From Candidatus Micrarchaeota archaeon (lineage in GTDB: Archaea; Micrarchaeota; Micrarchaeia; Micrarchaeales; Micrarchaeaceae), in NCBI GenBank assembly GCA_027345565.1, contig DAHWIF010000005.1:6058-70057 (forward strand): a DNA stretch of 64,000 nt. Direction: 5' to 3'. Positions 18,123 to 26,275 of this stretch are shown one piece after another; within the stretch, counting starts at the first letter, position 1, and each line of letters begins with the position of its first letter. The notes beneath the pieces were generated by a model. It was not told the origin of the DNA, made no database searches, and worked only from the letters and a program-made list of their open reading frames with translations. The position numbers were made by a program, and so were the translations under genes.

Positions 18123-18821
18123 ATGGCTGACCAAGCAGCAGAGAGCGCGTACACCAAGCTGCTGAAGCAGATAGAGCAGATTGAGGGTGCGGTCAGCGCT
18201 GTAGGGAGCGCAGCTATAGACATATCCGGCAGCTTCGCCAATGCACCAGGCAGGAAAGCACCGTCATATAGGGATATGCTTGTTAAGATAAATGAGATAG
18301 AGAAAAGTAAAGCAAGGGTGCCGAAGGCCGCTCCTGCTGTACAGGCAGCTGCTCCGCAAGCAGCGCAGCCAGTTGCCCCACAAGTGCAGGTGCAACAGGT
18401 GAAGCAGGAGGAGCTTGCACAGCTGCCAACAGAGCGGAAAGAGGGGACAAACGTATATGCGGGTAAGGAGCTTGCCGAGCTTGTAAGATCCCTGCCTGTA
18501 AAGATACCGAAAGTTGGCAAGCACAAATTGAAGAGAGAGAAGGATGCGAACCTTGTGCTGCCTAACCTTTCGCTGGTGGACCAGGTCGCTGAGCTGGAGC
18601 GCATACTCGATGCTATAAATGCCAAGGCGCTGCACGGTGACGAGCTAGATATGGTGGCCAGCGAGCTATACGGGCTCGTGGAGCGGGTCAATGCTGAGAA
18701 GAAGCAGCTAAAGAAGGGCAGGTCGTCAAATGCTGACGATTACCAGCTCCTGGAGCTTCGAGACCAGAGGATAGAGGCTGTGGCAGCCGCGCTAACGGAT
18801 GCAGAGAAAGCAGGTGAATGA
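18123..18821 (+). CDS. A/Q/P-rich, partly coiled-coil hypothetical protein in the filament operon
   Basis: The ORF opens at 18024 inside tnpB. The first ATG outside the IS element is at 18123 (MADQAAESAYTKLLKQ). Low-complexity AAPAVQAAAPQAAQPVAPQVQVQQVKQEE is present. Confidence 0.55.
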   Translation: MADQAAESAYTKLLKQIEQIEGAVSAVGSAAIDISGSFANAPGRKAPSYRDMLVKINEIEKSKARVPKAAPAVQAAAPQAAQPVAPQVQVQQVKQEELAQLPTERKEGTNVYAGKELAELVRSLPVKIPKVGKHKLKREKDANLVLPNLSLVDQVAELERILDAINAKALHGDELDMVASELYGLVERVNAEKKQLKKGRSSNADDYQLLELRDQRIEAVAAALTDAEKAGE

Positions 18822-19940
18822 TTGGGGCTTTTCAAGAAAAAAGAAATCAAAGTGATAAACGTTGAGGGCAGGAGGATAGAGCTCCAGCCTAAGCCGAAGA
18901 GAGGGCTGTCTGCGCTGTTCGGCGGAGGTGTCACGAAGCGGCAACCGAAGCCGCAGCAAATCGTTGGACCTGCTGCCCAGCCACAGAGTCCTGCTTCGCA
19001 GCCGCAACAGAGACCTGCCCCTCAGCCGGTGCAGCATGCGGAAAAGCCGGTGCAGCCGCAACAGGCGCAGCAGCAGGCGCAGAAAAAAACGCAGAGCCGC
19101 ACGCCGGCCGCGTGGCGGCACCACATAGAGAAGCTAGCGATAAAGAACAGGAAGATAGAGACTATGCTGCAGCAGAGGCGCATGGGTGTGAGCCTCTACG
19201 ATTTCATACAGCGCATGTTAATAGCCTCGATAATAGTTGCGGTCGTCATTGCGGCAACGATGCTGCTCGTCCTTGTGAGGGCTGGGGTGGTGCTGCCTGC
19301 AGCGCTAGTTCTCGCAGTACTGATAGGCTACGCGGTGAACAGGTTCGCGTTCAACTCTTTCCTGAGATATCCGCTCAGGAACGAGGAGATAGCGGCTAAG
19401 AACATAGAGCGCGACATACTGTTTGCAGCTAGGAACATGATAATATCGTTAAGGTCCGGCATGCCGCTCTACAATGCGATAGTCTCTGTAAGCTCCGGAT
19501 ATGGCGACGCCAGCAGGGAATTTGCGAAGGTGACCGAGAGGTCCAACCTCGGCATGTCGCTTGAGGAGGCTGTAGACCAGACGGTATCGGAGAGTAAGAG
19601 CCAGTCATTCAGGAGGATAATGCTTCAGGTATCCGCTAGCATAAAGGCCGGGGCGGATATAGTGTCGTCGCTGCAGAGCGTGACTGACCAGCTGTCAGAA
19701 GAGCGCATGATATCGCTCAGAAGGTACGGGCAGAGGCTGAACGCGATAGCGATGTTCTACATGCTCTTCGGCGTGATACTGCCTAGCATGGGTATAGCGA
19801 TAGCCACCATACTCACCACCTTCATATCCGTGTTCACTGTCAACGACGCGCTGCTCGAAGCCGCGATAGTCGGTATAGTCTTCCTGCAGTTGATATTCCT
19901 GCAATTGATAAGGTCATCGAGGCCTGTATTCGCACTGTGA
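18822..19940 (+). CDS. Single-domain T2SS-F family membrane protein (TadB/EpdJ-like platform protein)
   Basis: It has one T2SSF-like domain (ARNMIISLRSGMPLYNAIVSVSSGYGDASREFAKV..GMSLEEAVDQ) and flanking TM helices. The N-terminal ~110 aa are P/Q-rich. The start is TTG, preceded by the SD-like AGGTGA. Confidence 0.8.
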   Translation: MGLFKKKEIKVINVEGRRIELQPKPKRGLSALFGGGVTKRQPKPQQIVGPAAQPQSPASQPQQRPAPQPVQHAEKPVQPQQAQQQAQKKTQSRTPAAWRHHIEKLAIKNRKIETMLQQRRMGVSLYDFIQRMLIASIIVAVVIAATMLLVLVRAGVVLPAALVLAVLIGYAVNRFAFNSFLRYPLRNEEIAAKNIERDILFAARNMIISLRSGMPLYNAIVSVSSGYGDASREFAKVTERSNLGMSLEEAVDQTVSESKSQSFRRIMLQVSASIKAGADIVSSLQSVTDQLSEERMISLRRYGQRLNAIAMFYMLFGVILPSMGIAIATILTTFISVFTVNDALLEAAIVGIVFLQLIFLQLIRSSRPVFAL

Positions 19941-19944
19941 TGCC

Positions 19945-20940
19945 ATGGCTATAAATTTTGAGAGGCTTGTCTCGCGCGGCCTGGCCATAAGGGTCTCCAG
20001 AGAGATGGACCTTGCGGGAGTGAAAAGCAGCGTAAACCGCATACTAGGCATCGCAATAATCGGCGCGCTGGCAATACTCATAATTATCTCCTTCCTGCTC
20101 GCCATCTCGCACACCACCGCCGCGTCTCTCGCCTTCGTCATCGGCGCAGGCACTGCGGCGTTCTATATAGCCATCATATACGTATTTCTTGAGTATAGGA
20201 TAGACAAGAGGCGCATGGGCATGGAGAGCATGCTGCCCGACTACCTGCAGATCGCATCAGCGAACCTGAGGAGCGGACTCTCCCTGGACAGGGCGATGAT
20301 GATTGCGGCGAGGCCAGAGTTCACGTTCTTCTCAAACGACATAAAGGACATGTCAAGGAGGGTGTTCGGCGGCGAGACGCTTGCGAATGCCCTGAGTGGA
20401 GTCGCTGTGAAGTACCGATCAAGGCAGCTCAACCACACTGTCAAGATGATCACCGAGTCGCTGCGTTACGGCGGTGCAATGGCGGACCTGCTCGACCAGG
20501 TAAGCAAGGACATACGCGGCCAGCAGATGATCCAGAAGGAGGTGTCGAGCCAGCTCTTCATGTACAGCATATTCATAGCGTTTGCTGGCATAATAGCTGC
20601 GCCGGTGCTCTACGGGCTGACAGGGCAGATGATAAGCGTCACTGATACCGTATGGAAGGGCATACTCGCTGCCAACCCAGGCGGTCTTCCGACGATAGGC
20701 GTGTCGTTCCTTAAACCATCACCGCCGCAAATAAGCATAGCTACTTACAGGTACTTCTCAATCGCAGCCATAATCGTGATAACGGGTTTCGCAGGGCTGA
20801 TAATGTCTGCGATATCTACAGGATCGGCTATGCGGGGCATAAAGTATCTTCCTCTGTTCATACTCGGCGGCCTAGGAATATATCTGATCATAGCGAAGCT
20901 CATAGCAGGCCTTTTCGCAGGCATCACTCCCGCAGCATGA
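19945..20940 (+). CDS. Single-domain T2SS-F family membrane protein (TadC/EpdK-like platform protein)
   Basis: The T2SSF-like domain reads LPDYLQIASANLRSGLSLDRAMMIAA..GETLANALSGVAV..ITESLRYGGAMADLLDQV, with N- and C-terminal TM helices. Confidence 0.8.
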   Translation: MAINFERLVSRGLAIRVSREMDLAGVKSSVNRILGIAIIGALAILIIISFLLAISHTTAASLAFVIGAGTAAFYIAIIYVFLEYRIDKRRMGMESMLPDYLQIASANLRSGLSLDRAMMIAARPEFTFFSNDIKDMSRRVFGGETLANALSGVAVKYRSRQLNHTVKMITESLRYGGAMADLLDQVSKDIRGQQMIQKEVSSQLFMYSIFIAFAGIIAAPVLYGLTGQMISVTDTVWKGILAANPGGLPTIGVSFLKPSPPQISIATYRYFSIAAIIVITGFAGLIMSAISTGSAMRGIKYLPLFILGGLGIYLIIAKLIAGLFAGITPAA

Positions 20941-23562
20941 TCATGTCGGTACAATCGATGCGCCGCACACTCCGTTTATCATGCTTGCGACCGTGCATGA
21001 CCCGGAAGAATTGCTTATGTAGCCGTTGTTGTTTCCTATTACATCATGCGTCTGGTTAAGCATTCCCTGGTATGGCACCGAGAGCGGCCAGTATGATACT
21101 GGGGTCATGCCGCTCACGCTGTTGTTCAGGTAAAGGCTCTGCACCTGGCTAGCATTCATGGCATTCGCGTATATCTGTATGTCTGCGGCATCGCCAATGA
21201 GATTCTGGCCCGCGCTGTTGCCGTATCCTATCTGGACCCCTGTGTTCTGGTTTGATACCGAAAACGGGTCGCTCAGTACGTTAGCTCCGTCAACATATAT
21301 GGTTTCTGTGCCTCCGGATATGACTGCCGTCATGAAATACCATTCGTTCGTGCTAAGCGACGTCGATGATTTGAATTCCGTGGCGTTTATCCAGTCGTAA
21401 AAGCAGGGGTTTATGGAGCTGCCGCATGCGCCTACGCCCCATGCATCCTCCTTCGCCACCAGCCAGCCCAAAGTGCTCGGCGCGGCTGCATAGTCCACCC
21501 AGCCAGATATCGTGAGCGGCGATGGTAGCTGCAACGCCGCAACGTTAGGCACCTGCACGTATGCATCGTTTGTGAAAGCCATGGCGCTAGGCACGCTCCC
21601 GTTAGTGACACCTAGCGCTCCAGCCTCGCTCTGCGCGGTTCCGCCCCGTGCTGCAAGCACGCGCGGACCCAAATAAAGGTGGCTTAGCGTGATGTTGCCG
21701 CACTGGTTCAGGTTGGCGCAGTTGAGCACGCCTTTCACCACGCTTGCATTGTAAAGGTTTGGCATGTTGGGGAATACAGGATCGGAAATGTATCCTGCCA
21801 TTTTGGTATACATCATATTCTGCGCTGTGCCGTTGTTGTTCTCTCCTGAATAATCGTTCGCGTTGCCGTTGAGCGGCCACCACCCGGCTAGGCTTGCGTT
21901 GGAGAGCGGCGTGCCATCCAGGCCATTGATGTAGAGCCGGGACACCTGGGCTGGCGAGAGCGCAGTTGTATAGATTTGCACATTTGCTATGTTGCCGGAG
22001 AAATAGAGGCCCCACACCTGCTCATACCCTATGATGGTGTTGCCAAGTCCGGACAACGGGGAGGATGCCGAGCCTGAGCTGTATGTCGGCCCTGGGGATG
22101 CCACTCCATCCACATATATCTTGAAGTCGGAAGGCGACACAGAGGTGCCTGACGGCGCATAGAATGTTCCGACTATCAAGTGCCATTTGCCGTTGTTCAC
22201 CGCCCTATTTGCGTTCAGCAGCTGTATTACGTTGTTACTGTCCAGCAGCACCGCCGGGGTGCCTGCTGTTGAGCCGCTGCAATAGCTACCAGGGCTGCCG
22301 CATGAAGGGCCTACAGCGAGGGTTATGCTTTGACCGGCCCCGCTTCCCCTGTCACTGACAACTGCTCCCTGCGACGCGGTTGTCTTCACCCACGCTGCAA
22401 TCGTGTAGGCGGTGACAGAGTTCTGCACGTACGGGACGGACACATAGCTGCTTGCGCCGTTGAATTGTGCATATCTGGTGTTAATGGCGCCAAGGCTGAA
22501 CGAGCCCTGCCCTGATCCCACAGATCCTTGCTGTTGCGACTGCTGCAGGTATGAGGGAGCGCCAGATGCCTGATAATAGTAGCCGTTCTGGATGCCTGTC
22601 TTCACCCGGGCGAGGTTCAGCAGGGCCAGTGCAGAGCCGTCAAGCAGCACAGATGTGCCGTTGCCTATCACGTTAGGGGATATGAAATCAGATGGATATA
22701 CCAGGTAAGGGAAGAGCGGTGTCAGCGACCCCAATGAATTTGTGACCAAGCCGCCCATGCTGCATATGTTCGAAGAGAGTGAGCCGGCATCAGGGGTGAC
22801 AAGTATGTAGTTTGCATTCTGGAATCCTGACGGCACGTTGCTGCATGTCGGCGTGCCACCTATGTATACGGCGGTGCCGTATGCGAACATGAACGGGCTC
22901 CTGCTCCCAGACAGCGCGCTCGTATTCCCTATCATGGTCTGTGGCTGTGCCGCGCCAGTCACGTAAGATGTGACGCCTCTCTCCGCGCCAAGCAGGCTCC
23001 GTGTCCCGTTTATGCTTACGTTGGCTGTAGATGAGATGGGGTAGTTGATTATTCCGGTGCTGAGGTTCAGAGTCACAAGGTCTGTCAGCCTGGCGGTGAG
23101 GTTCAGCGGCGCTCCCTGGTAGACGCTGATTGACAGGTTGCTGATAGTGAAGCTGCCGCCCTGCAGCGACGCCAGTCCCTGCAGCGCAGAGGTGTAGTTG
23201 ACTAGCATGGCCCCTCCCATGTACGATAGCATATTAGTTCCGTATATCGTCCCGTTGTCCATCAGGCTTGCCAGAGCATATGCGGTGTTGTTTATGAAAT
23301 GGTACTTCCTCAATGATGGTGTGGATTCGTACACTGTAAGCGCGTTAAGCGAATTATTCAGGCTAGCCGCCAGGAAGCTGCCAGAACCGCTGCTTATGAA
23401 GCCCAGCAGCACAGAGGAGCTGAACGCAGCAGATGTGGCGGAAGTGAGATGGTCGTAGCTGATGCTTATATCCACATAACTTGAAAGCTCGCCAAGCATG
23501 AGTATGAATAGGACAAGCATTGCCAGCGTAAGCAGTACCCCCTTCTTGTTCTTCATCTCCAT
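20941..23562 (-). CDS. Prepilin-like N-terminus plus multi-LamG/concanavalin-like secreted protein (873 aa)
   Basis: The N-terminus is MEMKNKKG|VLLTLAMLVLFILML. LamG_3-type cores are present (QFNGASSYVSVP..AYTIAAWVKT) together with the linkers AGWWPLNGNANDYSGENNNG and SYWPLSVPYQG. It is the last gene of a four-gene minus-strand operon and overlaps the upstream gene by 10 nt. Confidence 0.8.
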   Translation of the reverse strand: MEMKNKKGVLLTLAMLVLFILMLGELSSYVDISISYDHLTSATSAAFSSSVLLGFISSGSGSFLAASLNNSLNALTVYESTPSLRKYHFINNTAYALASLMDNGTIYGTNMLSYMGGAMLVNYTSALQGLASLQGGSFTISNLSISVYQGAPLNLTARLTDLVTLNLSTGIINYPISSTANVSINGTRSLLGAERGVTSYVTGAAQPQTMIGNTSALSGSRSPFMFAYGTAVYIGGTPTCSNVPSGFQNANYILVTPDAGSLSSNICSMGGLVTNSLGSLTPLFPYLVYPSDFISPNVIGNGTSVLLDGSALALLNLARVKTGIQNGYYYQASGAPSYLQQSQQQGSVGSGQGSFSLGAINTRYAQFNGASSYVSVPYVQNSVTAYTIAAWVKTTASQGAVVSDRGSGAGQSITLAVGPSCGSPGSYCSGSTAGTPAVLLDSNNVIQLLNANRAVNNGKWHLIVGTFYAPSGTSVSPSDFKIYVDGVASPGPTYSSGSASSPLSGLGNTIIGYEQVWGLYFSGNIANVQIYTTALSPAQVSRLYINGLDGTPLSNASLAGWWPLNGNANDYSGENNNGTAQNMMYTKMAGYISDPVFPNMPNLYNASVVKGVLNCANLNQCGNITLSHLYLGPRVLAARGGTAQSEAGALGVTNGSVPSAMAFTNDAYVQVPNVAALQLPSPLTISGWVDYAAAPSTLGWLVAKEDAWGVGACGSSINPCFYDWINATEFKSSTSLSTNEWYFMTAVISGGTETIYVDGANVLSDPFSVSNQNTGVQIGYGNSAGQNLIGDAADIQIYANAMNASQVQSLYLNNSVSGMTPVSYWPLSVPYQGMLNQTHDVIGNNNGYISNSSGSCTVASMINGVCGASIVPT

Positions 23563-25727
23563 AATACCACGCTAACGTTGTATAGAGGCGCATTCGCGCT
23601 GGCGCTGATGCTCATCGGGAACGCCGCGGCGCTGACCTGATAAGCTGCGCTGAGTGACGGCGGAGTGAAGTTCACTCTTGCGTATGTAACGCCTGAAGGA
23701 TATCCGATGTTGCCGTTGCCGCTGTAGTCGTTGGTGTCGCCAAGCAGGGGCCACCACCCCGCTATGGTGGAGTTCACCGGCAGGCCGGCGATGCCCTCGT
23801 CGTAAAGCGCTGTTATGCCCTGCTGTTGGAGCGGCACGGCATATATCTGCAGGTCCGAGATCGTCCCGTTGAACGGCAGGCCGCTCCCGCTGGCGTCGTT
23901 GCCTATGCCGAGGTTGTTGTTGTCGAACGATATCATGTTTGTCGTATTGAAAGAGCCTATAAGCGAAGCATTTACATAGATGCTCGCCTTGTTCGTAACG
24001 GAGCTCCATACAGCAGTGATGTAGTACCATCTGTTGGCTGCGGGTTTGAACGACACCTCGTAGGAGCAGCCCCAGAAGTTGGAGGCCATGAAGAGGAGCC
24101 CGTAAGCAGTGCCGCAGCCGTTGGCGTTGCTGCCTATGTACTCCAACGCGTAGTCGTTAGTCTTGTTAACGATCGCCTGCGTGTCAGGATACGCATTGGA
24201 GTTGAAGCGCACCCATGCCGATATCGTTATGCCGGTGTTTGGCGAGTCGAGCGATGCGGAGCTCGGCACGCTGACATAGCTGTTTATGCCGTTGAACTGC
24301 GCCAGGTGAAGCGACGGCGCATACGTGCCGTTTATGTATACGCCGATGTTGGGGGTGCTGTACGAGCTGTTGAGTAGGCTTGTTGCACACCCCCCATAGC
24401 CATTCACGTACATGCTTGCTATCGCCTGCAGCACGCTGCCTCCAGGCACAGCTCTGCACGTGCCGAATACGTATACGGTATTGCCGGCAGATACGTATGC
24501 GTTGCCATTGGCGAGCGCCACATCCTGGAATAGAGCAGAGCTGGATTGCGGCAGCGTAGTGTCCCATACCGGGGAGCTGTTGTCCGATAGCTTATATGAC
24601 AGGAAATGGTCGTTCGCCGCCAGCATATAGAAGGCTCCAGCCGTGGATGACGGCGTGGAATTTGATAGCGTGCTCTCTATGTGGAATTGCTTCGTGGTGC
24701 AGCCGCAGCTGACGTTTATCTGCCATACGTTGGTCTGCATCGGGAAGTAGATGTTGCCGCCCTCAAGCGTTCCGCCGCCGAATGAGCTTACCCCGGGTAT
24801 GTTTATCGACCAGAGCTGGAGCCCGCTCATGCTGAGCCCGACTATCTGGTTTGCGCTGCCGATTACTATGAGATTGCCCGCTATCAACGGAGTGGTTGAT
24901 GTCGTTATGGACCACGTGTAGCTCCAGATCTGCTGCAATGCGCCTCCGACTACGGCAAAGCCCAGTACGTAGTTTTGGGATGCCGGAGCGCTGGTGCTGA
25001 CTATGAACTCGCCTGAGCCGTACGCTGGCACGGTTGCTATGTTGGGCAGCGATTTGTGGAAGAAGCTGCCGTTAATCGGGCTCATTAGCACTACGTTGGC
25101 TTGGGCGCCGAACGCGATATAGCCGCCGCCCAGGGACATCGGCGTCGACTGCGCAGAAGGCAGCTGTGTAGACTTCCAGCTGAGCGAGCCGTTCCTCTGC
25201 ACCGCGGAGACATAGCCTGTGGAGTTGCCGTATATTATCATGTTGTTGTAGATTATCGGGTAGAGTACATTACCGTAGACCGCCTTGCTCAGGATCGGGC
25301 TGCCTGTCGTGGCGTTTATCACATACAGGGTGTTGCCTGATGCAAATGCAGCCATGCCGTAGCCTACAGACACAGGAGAGCTTATCGGACCGCTTGCCGT
25401 GTGGGTGAAGAGGAGCTGCGGAAGCTGCGGCCCCACAGAGGACGATGCTGCGAGCGGGCCTCCGTTGCCGAACGACTGCCATGTGCTTGCGGAGCCTAGA
25501 GTCGCGTTCGCTGCGGCCATCGCATAGAGTGACCCCGCGTCGGCAGCCACCGTCAGCCCTGTCCCCATGAGGCTCTGTGCGACGCTGAACGCCTGCGAGG
25601 TCAGCGGCTGGAATACCGGTGTGCCTGCGAAGTGCACATACGCGAGTATGCCTATGGCCGCTCCTGCAACTATCAGCGAGAACGCCGCATCGATCGTGAA
25701 AACGAATCCCTTGACATTTTGTCCCAT
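23553..25727 (-). CDS. Prepilin-like N-terminus plus PQQ-like beta-propeller plus C-terminal LamG domain (724 aa)
   Basis: The start MGQNVKG|FVFTIDAAFSLIVAGAAIGILAY shares one nt with the upstream stop (TGATG). Repeats such as GNTLYVINATTGSPILS, GYVSAVQRNGSLSWKS, NQIVGLSMSGLQLWSI and GNTVYVFG are typical of PQQ/BamB-like propeller blades. The LamG region has AQFNGINSYVSVP and AGWWPLLGDTNDYSGNGNIG. Confidence 0.75.
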   Translation of the reverse strand: MGQNVKGFVFTIDAAFSLIVAGAAIGILAYVHFAGTPVFQPLTSQAFSVAQSLMGTGLTVAADAGSLYAMAAANATLGSASTWQSFGNGGPLAASSSVGPQLPQLLFTHTASGPISSPVSVGYGMAAFASGNTLYVINATTGSPILSKAVYGNVLYPIIYNNMIIYGNSTGYVSAVQRNGSLSWKSTQLPSAQSTPMSLGGGYIAFGAQANVVLMSPINGSFFHKSLPNIATVPAYGSGEFIVSTSAPASQNYVLGFAVVGGALQQIWSYTWSITTSTTPLIAGNLIVIGSANQIVGLSMSGLQLWSINIPGVSSFGGGTLEGGNIYFPMQTNVWQINVSCGCTTKQFHIESTLSNSTPSSTAGAFYMLAANDHFLSYKLSDNSSPVWDTTLPQSSSALFQDVALANGNAYVSAGNTVYVFGTCRAVPGGSVLQAIASMYVNGYGGCATSLLNSSYSTPNIGVYINGTYAPSLHLAQFNGINSYVSVPSSASLDSPNTGITISAWVRFNSNAYPDTQAIVNKTNDYALEYIGSNANGCGTAYGLLFMASNFWGCSYEVSFKPAANRWYYITAVWSSVTNKASIYVNASLIGSFNTTNMISFDNNNLGIGNDASGSGLPFNGTISDLQIYAVPLQQQGITALYDEGIAGLPVNSTIAGWWPLLGDTNDYSGNGNIGYPSGVTYARVNFTPPSLSAAYQVSAAAFPMSISASANAPLYNVSVVLWR

Positions 25728-26269
25728 CAGCTCACCGACGATACGCTGCCGCTCCACACCATCACCGTTATCTGCGCAGCCTCTCCGTTTATGAATGCAC
25801 TCTTCCTGCTTATGTAAGTCGTTACAGAGTTGCCTGTCAGCGGGCTCCTGCCCATCGTTATATTGAGCGTGCTGCTGTTTATGATTATATAGTAGTTGAA
25901 GCTCGTGCCTAGGTCCTGCCCTGCCATAGAGTAGTTGTAATCCACCATTGACATCAGCGCGTACATCTTCGCGGCCGAGAGGCTTGGAGACCCCTGTGAC
26001 TGTGCAAGCCCTATCCCTATATCGCCCCAGGTGCTTACTGACGATGTGTTGACCGCAGACTGCCAGTCCGCAGGACTTCCTGTAGACATTAGGTTCTGCG
26101 CCACGGCTTCCGACTGAAGCTGCATTATGTAGCTGGTCCCGCCTGTAGCAAGCGAAAGCTGGTTGCTTATGTCAAGCCATGCGATTGCCAATATCGTTAT
26201 CGCCGCCAGGAATATTATCATTGCGAAGAGCGCGTCAAAGCTCCAGAACTGTGCCCTAAAATTGTCCAA
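25727..26269 (-). CDS. Small pilin-like protein (180 aa, class III signal peptide)
   Basis: The TTG start gives MDNFRA|QFWSFDALFAMIIFLAAITILAIAW. An SD-like GGGTGAT lies 7 nt upstream. Its size and architecture fit a structural pilin. Confidence 0.7.
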   Translation of the reverse strand: MDNFRAQFWSFDALFAMIIFLAAITILAIAWLDISNQLSLATGGTSYIMQLQSEAVAQNLMSTGSPADWQSAVNTSSVSTWGDIGIGLAQSQGSPSLSAAKMYALMSMVDYNYSMAGQDLGTSFNYYIIINSSTLNITMGRSPLTGNSVTTYISRKSAFINGEAAQITVMVWSGSVSSVS

Positions 26270-26275
26270 TCATAA

